This document shows, in pieces, positions 1-11,937 of a stretch of 25,058 bases of DNA. Origin of the DNA: a virus. Taxonomy: Duplodnaviria; Heunggongvirae; Uroviricota; Caudoviricetes. Under the pieces are notes generated by a model. It was not told the origin of the DNA. It did not search any database and worked only from the letters and a program-made list of their open reading frames with translations. Every line of letters begins with the position of its first letter. Position 1 is the first letter of the stretch. The stretch lies in the IMG/VR virus record IMGVR_UViG_2698536646_000002; one strand, given 5' to 3'. The position numbers were made by a program, and so were the translations under genes.

Positions 1-209
1 TATCGCTCGCCACGGGAATATCTGCGGCAGCGGGCTTGTAATGGGTTAAGTGATAACAGATGTCTGGAAATATAGGGGCAAATCCAATCGTCGCCGTATT
101 CCCGTATTAACAGAGACCGTAGCCCGACGGGGAACTCCTTCTGCGCGAGTGTGCGGGAATAATCAAAAACGATGCACACCGGGGTTACCGGGTACACATA
201 TTTCATCAT
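1..209 (-). CDS. Hypothetical protein, 5'-partial in window (ORF runs off window start)
   Basis: Reverse-strand ATG at 209-207 opens a frame with no stop to position 1 (about 69 codons, begins MMKYVYPVTPVCIVFDYSRTLAQKEF). No clear Shine-Dalgarno and no recognised homolog. Not in the ORF track, presumably because it lacks an in-window stop. Confidence 0.2.
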   Translation of the reverse strand, partial: MMKYVYPVTPVCIVFDYSRTLAQKEFPVGLRSLLIREYGDDWICPYISRHLLSLNPLQARCRRYSRGER

Positions 210-254
210 GCCAGCGAGTCCGGTTCTGGCACGGAAGAAACCGGACGTTATGAT

Positions 255-665
255 TTAGTGCGGAAATATTTGTGTAGTGTTCTGTATGTTCTCAGTAAAG
301 AGTAATGAATTATCAAAGGTATAGTAATACCTTTTGTTTTCGTGGATATTTGTAATCCATCTGAAAACCCCTGCTGTAGCAAGATTTTTCCTGTATTCGT
401 AAAATGATAACTCTCCTGATTTGAATCCTTTTAAGGTGGCTTCTATAAGGCATTTATTTTTTGAAAATCTTACATTTACAACCTTACCCTGTCCTTTTAT
501 TAAAACCGTATTATCGTTTTCAAGAACAAGATGAATATTCTCTGTGGCTAAATAGTAAATGTAATGTGAGACATTGTGACGTTTTAGTTCAGAATAAAAC
601 CAGTGATAGTTTAAATTATTTCGCACTTTATCGAATATTTGTTTAAAAATGGCAACCTGAGCCAT
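255..665 (-). CDS. Hypothetical prophage protein, resembles YbcV/YdfO family (DUF1398), AT-rich moron
   Basis: ORF 255..680 on the minus strand; the second ATG at 665 gives 136 aa and has a GGAAGG-like SD upstream, whereas the first ATG at 680 has none. GC content is visibly lower than the flanking phage DNA. Position (between lysis-side genes and cos) and length match ybcV-like genes of lambdoid prophages as I recall them; not verified. Confidence 0.55.
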   Translation of the reverse strand: MAQVAIFKQIFDKVRNNLNYHWFYSELKRHNVSHYIYYLATENIHLVLENDNTVLIKGQGKVVNVRFSKNKCLIEATLKGFKSGELSFYEYRKNLATAGVFRWITNIHENKRYYYTFDNSLLFTENIQNTTQIFPH

Positions 666-722
666 TGTAGTACCTTCCATGTGATATGAGGGGGCGTAGT
701 CTGCACGATTATCTAAATTGCT

Positions 723-956
723 TCAATCTGGTCTAACCTGTTTTCTGAGCAATTCAGTAATGTCACTCTTTTCTTTGTTTGCTTCAGGCGAAACTCTTTT
801 TTCTGAGCACAGTCTCCGGCGGCAGGCTTCAATGACCCAGGCTGAGAAATTCCCGGACCCTTTTTGAACAAGAGCGATGTTAATTTGTTCAATCATTTGG
901 TTAGGAAAGCGGATGTTGCGGGTTGTTGTTCTGCGGGTTCTGTTCTTCGTTGACAT
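723..956 (-). CDS. Small basic prophage protein, resembles YlcI/YnfO family (DUF3950), possible ribbon-helix-helix DNA binder
   Basis: 77-aa ORF starting MSTKNRTRRTTTRNIRFPNQMIEQINIALVQKGSGNFSAWVIEACRRRL. The basic N-terminus followed by a strand-helix-helix-like pattern suggests an RHH fold. It sits immediately upstream of cos/Nu1, as ylcI does relative to nohD in DLP12 (from memory). Confidence 0.55.
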   Translation of the reverse strand: MSTKNRTRRTTTRNIRFPNQMIEQINIALVQKGSGNFSAWVIEACRRRLCSEKRVSPEANKEKSDITELLRKQVRPD

Positions 957-1150
957 GAGGTTGCCCTGTATTCAGTGTCGCTGATTTGTATTGTCTGAAG
1001 TTGTTTTTACGTTAAGTTGATGCAGATCAATTAATACGATACCTGCGTCATAATTGATTATTTGACGTGGTTTGATGGCGTAGATGCACGTTGTGACATG
1101 TAGATGATAATTATTATCATTTTGCGGGTCCTTTCCGGCGATCCGACAGG

Positions 1151-1172
1151 TTACGGGGCGGAAGGCGCGCGG
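1151..1172 (+). other. cosN (terminase nicking site, cohesive-end region), variant sequence
   Basis: TTACG-GGGCGGAAGGCG-CGCGGGTTTTCGC lines up with lambda ...CAGGTTACG|GGGCGGCGACCT|CGCGGGTTTTCGC. The flanks are identical; the 12-nt overhang region differs at its last 6 positions (AAGGCG here, CGACCT in lambda). Confidence 0.7.
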
Positions 1173-1207
1173 GTTTTCGCTATTTATGACAATTTTCCGG
1201 TTTAAGG

Positions 1208-1320
1208 CGTTTCCGTTCTTCTTCGCCGTAACCTAATGTTTTTATTTAAAACACCCCCTGAAAAGAAAGGAAACGACAGGTGCTGAAAACGGGCTTTTTG
1301 GCCTCTGTCGTTTCCTTTCT
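1208..1320 (+). promoter_or_regulatory. cosB: Nu1-binding elements R3 (1208-1219), R2 (1264-1275, inverted), R1 (1309-1320) with an AT-rich IHF-type site I1 (about 1229-1251)
   Basis: CGTTTCCGTTCT at 1208, AGAAAGGAAACG at 1264 and CGTTTCCTTTCT at 1309 match the lambda R-element consensus CGTTTCC(T/G)TTCT. Spacing and orientation are as in lambda cosB, directly upstream of Nu1. Confidence 0.7.
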
Positions 1321-1344
1321 CTGTTTTTGTCCGTGGAATGAACA

Positions 1345-1864
1345 ATGGAAGTCAACAAAAAGCAGCTGGCTGACATTTTCGGTGCGAGTATCCGTACCAT
1401 TCAGAACTGGCAGGAACAGGGAATGCCCGTTCTGCGAGGCGGTGGCAAGGGTAATGAGGTGCTTTATGACTCTGCCGCCGTTATAAGATGGTATGCCGAA
1501 AGGGATGCTGAAATTGAGAACGAAAAGCTGCGCCGGGAAGTTGAAGAACTGCGGCAGGCCAGCGAGACAGATCTCCAGCCAGGGACTATTGAGTACGAAC
1601 GCCATCGACTTACGCGTGCGCAGGCCGACGCACAGGAGCTGAAAAATGCCAGAGACTCCGCTGAAGTGGTGGAAACCGCATTCTGTACTTTCGTGCTGTC
1701 GCGGATCGCAGGTGAAATTGCCAGTATTCTCGACGGGATCCCCCTGTCGGTGCAGCGGCGTTTTCCGGAACTGGAAAACCGACATGTTGATTTCCTGAAA
1801 CGGGATATCATCAAAGCCATGAACAAAGCAGCCGCGCTGGATGAACTGATACCGGGGTTGCTGA

Positions 1865-1890
<26 letters not shown>
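1345..1890 (+). CDS. nu1: Terminase small subunit Nu1
   Basis: 181 aa, near-identical to lambda Nu1 as recalled (MEVNKKQLADIFGASIRTIQNWQEQGMPVLRGGGKGNEVLYD...). N-terminal winged-HTH. Lies immediately downstream of cosB. Confidence 0.97.
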
Positions 1891-5805
<3,915 letters not shown>

Positions 5806-5825
<20 letters not shown>

Positions 5826-7125
5826 TCTCCCGCATATTGCCAGCATGGCTTTTAATGAGCCGCTGATGCTTGAACCCGCCTATGCGCGGGTTTTCTTTTG
5901 TGCGCTTGCAGGCCAGCTTGGGATCAGCTGCCTGACGGATGCAGTATCCGGCGACAGCCTGACTGCCGGAGAGGCACCCGCGGCGCTGGCGTTATCCGGT
6001 GATGATGACGGACCACGACAGGCCCGCAGTTATCAGGTAATGAACGGCATCGCCGTGCTGCCGGTGTCCGGCACGCTGGTCAGCCGGACGCGGGCGCTGC
6101 AGCCGTACTCGGGGATGACCGGTTACAACGGCATTATCGCCCGTCTGCAACAGGCTGCCAGCGACCCGATGGTGGACGGCATTCTGCTCGATATGGACAC
6201 ACCGGGCGGAATGGTGGCGGGAGCATTTGACTGCGCTGACATCATCGCCCGTGTGCGTGACATAAAGCCGGTATGGGCGCTGGCCAATGACATGAACTGC
6301 AGCGCAGGTCAGCTGCTTGCCAGTGCCGCCTCCCGGCGTCTGGTCACGCAGACCGCCCGGACAGGCTCCATCGGCGTCATGATGGCTCACAGTAATTACG
6401 GCGCTGCACTGGAGAAACAGGGCGTGGAAATCACGCTGATTTACAGCGGCAGCCATAAGGTGGATGGCAACCCCTACAGCCATCTACCGGATGATGTCCG
6501 GGAAACATTGCAGTCCCGGATGGATGCAACCCGCCGGATGTTTGCACAGAAGGTGTCGGCATATACCGGCCTGTCCGTGCAGGCTGTGCTGGATACCGAG
6601 GCTGCAGTGTACAGCGGTCAGGAGGCCATTGATGCCGGACTGGCTGATGAACTTGTTAACAGTACCGATGCGATCACCGTCATGCGTGATGCACTGGATG
6701 CACGTAAATCCCGTCTCTCAGGAGGGCGAATGACCAAAGAGACTCAATCAACAACTGTTTCAGCCACTGCTTCGCAGGCTGACGTTACTGGCGTGGTGCA
6801 AGCGACGGAGGGCGAGAACGCCAGCGCGGCGCAGCCGGACGTGAACGCGCAGATCACCGCAGCGGTTGCGGCAGAAAACAGTCGCATTATGGGGATCCTC
6901 AACTGTGAGGAGGCTCACGGACGCGAAGAACAGGCACGCGTGCTGGCCGAAACCCCCGGTATGACCGTGGAAACGGCCCGCCGTATTCTGGCCGCAGCAC
7001 CACAGAGTGCACAGACGCGCAGTGACACTGCGCTGGATCGTCTGATGCAGGGGGCACCGGCACCGCTGGCTGCAGGTAACCCGGCATCTGATGCCGTTAA
7101 CGATTTGCTGAACACACCAGTGTAA
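5806..7125 (+). CDS. C: Capsid assembly protease C (S49/ClpP-like prohead protease)
   Basis: GTG start at 5806 gives (V/M)TAELRNLPHIASMAFNEPLML..., matching lambda gpC. It overlaps the 3' end of B as in lambda. The ORF track shows a longer upstream extension that I do not accept. Confidence 0.9.
6520..7125 (+). CDS. nu3: Scaffolding protein Nu3 (in-frame internal start within C, shared stop)
   Basis: ATG at 6520 (MDATRRMFAQKVSAYTGL...) is in frame with C and 606 nt from the shared stop, the same arrangement as lambda Nu3. Confidence 0.75.
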   Translation: MDATRRMFAQKVSAYTGLSVQAVLDTEAAVYSGQEAIDAGLADELVNSTDAITVMRDALDARKSRLSGGRMTKETQSTTVSATASQADVTGVVQATEGENASAAQPDVNAQITAAVAAENSRIMGILNCEEAHGREEQARVLAETPGMTVETARRILAAAPQSAQTRSDTALDRLMQGAPAPLAAGNPASDAVNDLLNTPV

Positions 7126-7134
7126 GGGATGTTT

Positions 7135-7467
7135 ATGACGAGCAAAGAAACCTTTACCCATTACCAGCCGCTGGGCAATAGTGACCCGGCTCATACCGCA
7201 ACCGCGCCCGGCGGATTGAGTGCGAAAGCGCCTGCAATGACCCCGCTGATGCTGGACACCTCCACCCGTAAGCTGGTTGCGTGGGATGGCACCACCGACG
7301 GTGCTGCCGTTGGCATTCTTGCGGTTGCTGCTGACCAGACCAGCACCACACTGACGTTCTACAAGTCCGGCACGTTCCGTTATGAGGATGTGCTCTGGCC
7401 GGAGGCTGCCAGCGACGAGACGAAAAAACGGACCGTGTTTGCCGGAACGGCAATCAGCATCGTTTAA
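7135..7467 (+). CDS. D: Head decoration protein D
   Basis: [27 protein letters not shown]..., 110 aa from the ATG at 7135, matches lambda gpD. The ORF track begins two codons earlier at 7129. Confidence 0.95.
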   Translation: MTSKETFTHYQPLGNSDPAHTATAPGGLSAKAPAMTPLMLDTSTRKLVAWDGTTDGAAVGILAVAADQTSTTLTFYKSGTFRYEDVLWPEAASDETKKRTVFAGTAISIV

Positions 7468-7485
7468 CTTTACCCTTCATCACTA

Positions 7486-7510
7486 AAGGCCGCCTGTGTG
7501 GCTTTTTTTA
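7486..7510 (+). terminator. Conserved stem-loop plus T-run between D and E (terminator-like, probable partial terminator or RNA stability element inside the late operon)
   Basis: AAAGGCCGCCTGTGTGGCTTTTTTT: a GC-rich stem with one G-U wobble, followed by a run of seven T. Lambda has the same element at this position with a perfect stem, as recalled. Confidence 0.5.
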
Positions 7511-7522
7511 CGGGATTTTTTT

Positions 7523-8548
7523 ATGTCGATGTACACAACCGCCCAGCTGCTGGCGGCAAATGAGCAGAAATTTAAGTTTGATCCGCTGTTTCTGCGTCTC
7601 TTTTTCCGTGAGAGCTATCCCTTCACTACGGAGAAAGTCTATCTCTCACAAATTCCGGGACTGGTAAACATGGCGCTGTACGTTTCGCCGATTGTTTCCG
7701 GTGAGGTTATCCGTTCCCGTGGCGGCTCCACCTCTGAATTTACGCCGGGATATGTCAAACCCAAGCATGAGGTGAATCCGCAGATGACCCTGCGTCGCCT
7801 GCCGGATGAAGATCCGCAGAATCTGGCGGACCCGGCTTACCGCCGCCGTCGCATCATCATGCAGAACATGCGTGACGAAGAGCTGGCCATTGCTCAGGTC
7901 GAAGAGATGCAGGCAGTTTCTGCCGTGCTCAAGGGCAAATACACCATGACCGGTGAAGCCTTCGATCCGGTTGAGGTGGATATGGGCCGCAGTGCGGCGA
8001 ACAACATCACACAGTCCGGCGTCACGGAGTGGAGCAAGCGTGACAAGTCCACGTATGACCCGACCGACGATATCGAAGCCTACGCGCTGAACGCCAGCGG
8101 TGTGGTGAATATCATCGTGTTTGACCCGAAAGGCTGGGCGCTGTTCCGTTCCTTCAAAGCCGTCAAGGAGAAGCTGGATACCCGTCGCGGCTCTCATTCC
8201 GAGCTGGAGACAGCGGTAAAAGACCTGGGCAAAGCGGTGTCCTATAAGGGAATGTATGGCGATGTGGCCATCGTCGTGTATTCCGGACAGTACGTGGAAA
8301 ACGGCGTCAAAAAGAACTTCCTGCCGGACAACACGATGGTGCTGGGGAACACTCAGGCTCGCGGTCTGCGCACCTATGGCTGCATTCAGGATGCGGACGC
8401 ACAGCGCGAAGGCATTAACGCTTCTGCCCGTTACCCGAAAAACTGGGTGACCACCGGCGATCCGGCGCGTGAGTTCACCATGATTCAGTCAGCACCGCTG
8501 ATGCTGCTGGCTGATCCTGATGAGTTCGTGTCCGTTCAACTGGCGTAA
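7523..8548 (+). CDS. E: Major capsid protein E (HK97 fold)
   Basis: ATG at 7523 gives MSMYTTAQLLAANEQKFKFDPLFLRLFF..., 341 aa as in lambda gpE. The ORF track start at 7496 is an upstream extension. Confidence 0.96.
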   Translation: MSMYTTAQLLAANEQKFKFDPLFLRLFFRESYPFTTEKVYLSQIPGLVNMALYVSPIVSGEVIRSRGGSTSEFTPGYVKPKHEVNPQMTLRRLPDEDPQNLADPAYRRRRIIMQNMRDEELAIAQVEEMQAVSAVLKGKYTMTGEAFDPVEVDMGRSAANNITQSGVTEWSKRDKSTYDPTDDIEAYALNASGVVNIIVFDPKGWALFRSFKAVKEKLDTRRGSHSELETAVKDLGKAVSYKGMYGDVAIVVYSGQYVENGVKKNFLPDNTMVLGNTQARGLRTYGCIQDADAQREGINASARYPKNWVTTGDPAREFTMIQSAPLMLLADPDEFVSVQLA

Positions 8549-8589
8549 TCATGGCCCTTCGGGGCCATTTTCTCTCTGTGGAGGAGTTC

Positions 8590-8988
8590 ATGACGAAAGA
8601 TGAACTGATTGCCCGTCTTCAGGAGCTGGGTGAGCAATTGAACCGCGATGTCAGTTTGACGGGAACGAAAGAAGAACTGGCGCTTCGTGTGGCAGAGCTG
8701 GAAGAAGAGCTTGATGACACGGATGAAACTGCCGGTCAGGACACCCCTCTCAGCCGGGAAAATGTGCTGACCGGGCATGAAAATGAGGTGGTATCAGCGC
8801 AGCCGGATACCGTGATTCAGGATACGGCTGAACTGGTCACGGTCGTGGCACTGGTGACGCTGCATACTGATGCACTTCACGCCACGCGGGATAAACCTGT
8901 GGCATTTGTGCTGCCGGGAACGGCGTTTCGTGTCTCTGCCGGTGTGGCAGCCGAAATGACAGAGCGCGGCCTGGCCAGAATGCAATAA
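8590..8988 (+). CDS. FI: DNA packaging protein FI
   Basis: MTKDELIARLQELGEQLNRDVSLTGTKEEL..., 132 aa. GAGGAG SD at 8581-8586. Matches lambda gpFI. Confidence 0.93.
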   Translation: MTKDELIARLQELGEQLNRDVSLTGTKEELALRVAELEEELDDTDETAGQDTPLSRENVLTGHENEVVSAQPDTVIQDTAELVTVVALVTLHTDALHATRDKPVAFVLPGTAFRVSAGVAAEMTERGLARMQ

Positions 8989-8999
8989 CGGGAGGCGCT

Positions 9000-9353
9000 G
9001 TGGCTGATTTCGATAACCTGTTCGATGCTGCCATTGCCCGCGCCGATGAAACGATACGCGGGTACATGGGAACGTCAGCCACCATGACATCCGGTGAGCA
9101 GTCAGGTGCGGTGATACGTGGTGTTTTTGATGACCCTGAAAATATCAGCTATGCCGGACAGGGCGTGCGCGTTGAAGGCTCCAGCCCGTCCCTGTTTGTC
9201 CGGACTGATGAGGTGCGGCAGCTGCGGCGTGGAGACACGCTGACCATCGGTGAGGAAAATTTCTGGGTAGATCGGGTTTCGCCGGATGATGGCGGAAGTT
9301 GTCATCTCTGGCTTGGACGGGGCGTACCGCCTGCCGTTAACCGTCGCCGCTGA
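9000..9353 (+). CDS. FII: Head-tail connector protein FII
   Basis: GTG start, (M)ADFDNLFDAAIARADETIRGYMGTSAT..., 117 aa. Matches lambda gpFII. Confidence 0.93.
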   Translation: MADFDNLFDAAIARADETIRGYMGTSATMTSGEQSGAVIRGVFDDPENISYAGQGVRVEGSSPSLFVRTDEVRQLRRGDTLTIGEENFWVDRVSPDDGGSCHLWLGRGVPPAVNRRR

Positions 9354-9364
9354 AAGGGGGATGT

Positions 9365-9943
9365 ATGGCCATAAAAGGTCTTGAGCAGGCCGTTGAAAAC
9401 CTCAGCCGTATCAGCAAAACGGCGGTGCCCGGTGCCGCCGCAATGGCCATTAACCGCGTTGCTTCATCCGCGATATCGCAGTCTGCGTCACAGGTTGCCC
9501 GTGAGACAAAGGTACGCCGGAAACTGGTAAAGGAAAGGGCCAGGCTGAAAAGGGCCACGGTCAAAAATCCGCAGGCCAGAATCAAAGTTAACCGGGGGGA
9601 TTTGCCCGTAATCAAGCTGGGTAATGCGCGGGTTGTCCTGTCCCGCCGCAGGCGTCATAAAAAGGGGCAGCGTTCATCCCTGAAAGGTGGCGGCAGCGTG
9701 CTTGTGGTGGGTAACCGTCGTATTCCCGGCGCGTTTATTCAGCAACTGAAAAACGGCCGGTGGCATGTTATGCAGCGTGTGGCCGGGAAAAACCGTTACC
9801 CCATTGATGTGGTGAAAATCCCGATGGCGGTGCCGCTGACCACGGCGTTTAAACAGAATATTGAACGGATACGGCGTGAACGTCTTCCGAAAGAGCTGGG
9901 CTATGCGCTGCAGCATCAACTGAGAATGGTAATAAAGCGATGA
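9365..9943 (+). CDS. Z: Tail completion protein Z
   Basis: 192 aa, MAIKGLEQAVENLSRISKTAVPGAAAMAINRV... Matches lambda gpZ. Confidence 0.95.
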   Translation: MAIKGLEQAVENLSRISKTAVPGAAAMAINRVASSAISQSASQVARETKVRRKLVKERARLKRATVKNPQARIKVNRGDLPVIKLGNARVVLSRRRRHKKGQRSSLKGGGSVLVVGNRRIPGAFIQQLKNGRWHVMQRVAGKNRYPIDVVKIPMAVPLTTAFKQNIERIRRERLPKELGYALQHQLRMVIKR

Positions 9944-10335
9944 AACATACTGAACTCCGTGCAGCCGTACTGGATGCACTGGAGAAGCATGACACCGGGG
10001 CGACGCTTTTTGATGGTCGCCCCGCTGTTTTTGATGAGGAAGATTTTCCGGCAATTGCCGTTTATCTCACCGGCGCTGAATACACGGGCGAAGAGCTGGA
10101 CAGCGATACCTGGCAGGCGGAGCTGCATATTGAAGTTTTCCTGCCTGCTCAGGTGCCGGATTCAGAGCTGGATTCGTGGATGGAGTCCCGGATTTATCCT
10201 GTGATGAGCGATATCCCGGCACTGTCAGATTTGATCACCAGTATGGTGGCCAGCGGCTATGACTACCGGCGCGACGATGATGCGGGCCTGTGGAGTTCAG
10301 CCGATCTGACTTATGTCATTATCTATGAAATGTGA
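9940..10335 (+). CDS. U: Tail tube terminator protein U
   Basis: 131 aa, [33 protein letters not shown]... Matches lambda gpU. Overlaps the Z stop. Confidence 0.95.
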   Translation: MKHTELRAAVLDALEKHDTGATLFDGRPAVFDEEDFPAIAVYLTGAEYTGEELDSDTWQAELHIEVFLPAQVPDSELDSWMESRIYPVMSDIPALSDLITSMVASGYDYRRDDDAGLWSSADLTYVIIYEM

Positions 10336-10342
10336 GGACGCT

Positions 10343-11083
10343 ATGCCTGTACCAAATCCTACAATGCCGGTGAAAGGTGCCGGGACCACCCTGTGGGTTT
10401 ATAAGGGGAGCGGTGACCCTTATGCGAACCCGCTTTCAGACGTTGACTGGTCGCGTCTGGCAAAAGTTAAAGACCTGACGCCCGGCGAACTGACCGCTGA
10501 GTCCTATGACGACAGCTATCTCGATGATGAAGATGCAGACTGGACTGCGACCGGGCAGGGGCAGAAATCTGCCGGAGATACCAGCTTCACGCTGGCGTGG
10601 ATGCCCGGAGAGCAGGGGCAGCAGGCGCTGCTGGCGTGGTTTAATGAAGGTGATACCCGTGCCTATAAAATCCGCTTCCCGAACGGCACGGTCGATGTGT
10701 TCCGTGGCTGGGTCAGCAGTATCGGTAAGGCGGTGACGGCGAAGGAGGTGATTACCCGCACGGTGAAGGTCACCAATGTGGGACGTCCGTCGATGGCAGA
10801 AGATCGCAGCACGGTGACGGCGACGACCGGCATGACGGTGACACCCGCCAGTGCTTCCGTAGTGAAAGGGCAGAGCACCACGCTGACCGTGGCATTCCAG
10901 CCGGATGGCGCAACCGACAAGAGCTTCCGTGCGGTGTCTGCGGATAAAACAAAAGCCACCGTGTCGGTCAGTGGTATGACCATCACCGTGAAAGGTGTTG
11001 CTGCAGGCAAGGTCAACATTCCGGTCGTATCTGGTAATGGTGAGTTTGCTGCGGTTGCAGAAATCAACGTCACCGCCAGTTAA
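10343..11083 (+). CDS. V: Major tail tube protein V (C-terminal Ig-like domain)
   Basis: ATG at 10343 gives [31 protein letters not shown]..., 246 aa as in lambda gpV. The ORF track start at 10313 is an upstream extension. Confidence 0.95.
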   Translation: MPVPNPTMPVKGAGTTLWVYKGSGDPYANPLSDVDWSRLAKVKDLTPGELTAESYDDSYLDDEDADWTATGQGQKSAGDTSFTLAWMPGEQGQQALLAWFNEGDTRAYKIRFPNGTVDVFRGWVSSIGKAVTAKEVITRTVKVTNVGRPSMAEDRSTVTATTGMTVTPASASVVKGQSTTLTVAFQPDGATDKSFRAVSADKTKATVSVSGMTITVKGVAAGKVNIPVVSGNGEFAAVAEINVTAS

Positions 11084-11098
11084 TCCGGAGAGTCAGCG

Positions 11099-11521
11099 AT
11101 GTTCCTGAAAACCGAATCATTTGAACATAACGGTGTGACCGTCACGCTTTCTGAACTGTCAGCCCTGCAGCGTATTGAGCATCTCGACCTGATGAAACGG
11201 CAGGCAGAACAGGCGGAGTCAGACAGCAACCGGAAGTTTACTGTGGAAGACGCCATCAGAACCGGCGCTTTTGTGGTTGCGATGTCCCTGTGGCATAACC
11301 ATCCGAAGAAGACGCAGATGCCGTCCATGAATGAAGCCGTTAAACAGATTGAGCAGGAAGTGCTTACCACCTGGCCCACAGAGGCAATTTCTCATGCTGA
11401 AAACGTGGTGTACCGGCTGTCCGGTATGTATGAGTTTGTGGTGAATGATGCTCCTGAACAGGCAGAGGACGCCGGGCCTGCAGAGCCTGTTTCTGCGGGA
11501 AAGTGTTCGACGGTGAGCTGA
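11099..11521 (+). CDS. G: Tail assembly chaperone G
   Basis: 140 aa, MFLKTESFEHNGVTVTLSELSALQRIEHLDLMKRQ... Matches lambda gpG. Confidence 0.95.
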   Translation: MFLKTESFEHNGVTVTLSELSALQRIEHLDLMKRQAEQAESDSNRKFTVEDAIRTGAFVVAMSLWHNHPKKTQMPSMNEAVKQIEQEVLTTWPTEAISHAENVVYRLSGMYEFVVNDAPEQAEDAGPAEPVSAGKCSTVS

Positions 11522-11937
11522 GTTTTGCCCTGAAACTGGCGCGTGAGATGGGGCGACCCGACTGGCGCGCCATGCTTGCCGGGATGTCATCCACGGAGTA
11601 TGCCGACTGGCACCGCTTTTACAGTACCCATTATTTTCATGATGTTCTGCTGGATATGCACTTTTCCGGGCTGACGTACACCGTGCTCAGCCTGTTTTTC
11701 AGCGATCCGGAGATGCATCCGCTGGATTTCAGTCTGCTGAACCGGCGCGAGGCTGACGAAGAGCCTGAAGATGATGTGCTGATGCAGAAAGCGGCAGGGC
11801 TTGCCGGAGGTGTCCGCTTTGGCCCGGACGGGAATGAAGTTATCCCCGCTTCCCCGGATGTGGCGGACATGACGGAGGATGACGTAATGCTGATGACAGT
11901 ATCAGAAGGGATCGCAGGAGGAGTCCGGTATGGCTGA
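11099..11937 (+). CDS. T: Tail assembly chaperone G-T fusion, produced by -1 programmed ribosomal frameshift at 11497-11503
   Basis: Slippery heptamer G_GGA_AAG lies in the G frame at 11497-11503. The -1 frame continues as the ORF 11503..11937 (MFDGELSFALKLAREMGRPDW...), which has no start context of its own. Same arrangement as lambda G/G-T. Confidence 0.88.
11497..11503 (+). promoter_or_regulatory. -1 programmed frameshift slippery site GGGAAAG (G to G-T)
   Basis: Heptamer is in the correct phase with the G codons and sits about 7 codons before the G stop. Confidence 0.85.

Noticed and set aside
218-248. Inverted repeat GTCCGGTT ... AACCGGAC downstream of the 136-aa minus-strand gene as a terminator
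   Set aside because: The loop is 13 nt and there is no T-run on the relevant strand. It also lies inside the candidate partial ORF at 1-209.
50-253. 67-aa plus-strand ORF at the window start (Arg-rich)
   Set aside because: Basic low-complexity composition, no SD, and the opposite orientation to the neighbouring gene cluster. More likely a shadow of the minus-strand frame.
1246-1826. Minus-strand ORFs (179 aa and 120 aa) overlapping Nu1 and cosB
   Set aside because: They are antisense to Nu1 and run across the cos site. Nu1 is unambiguous on the plus strand.
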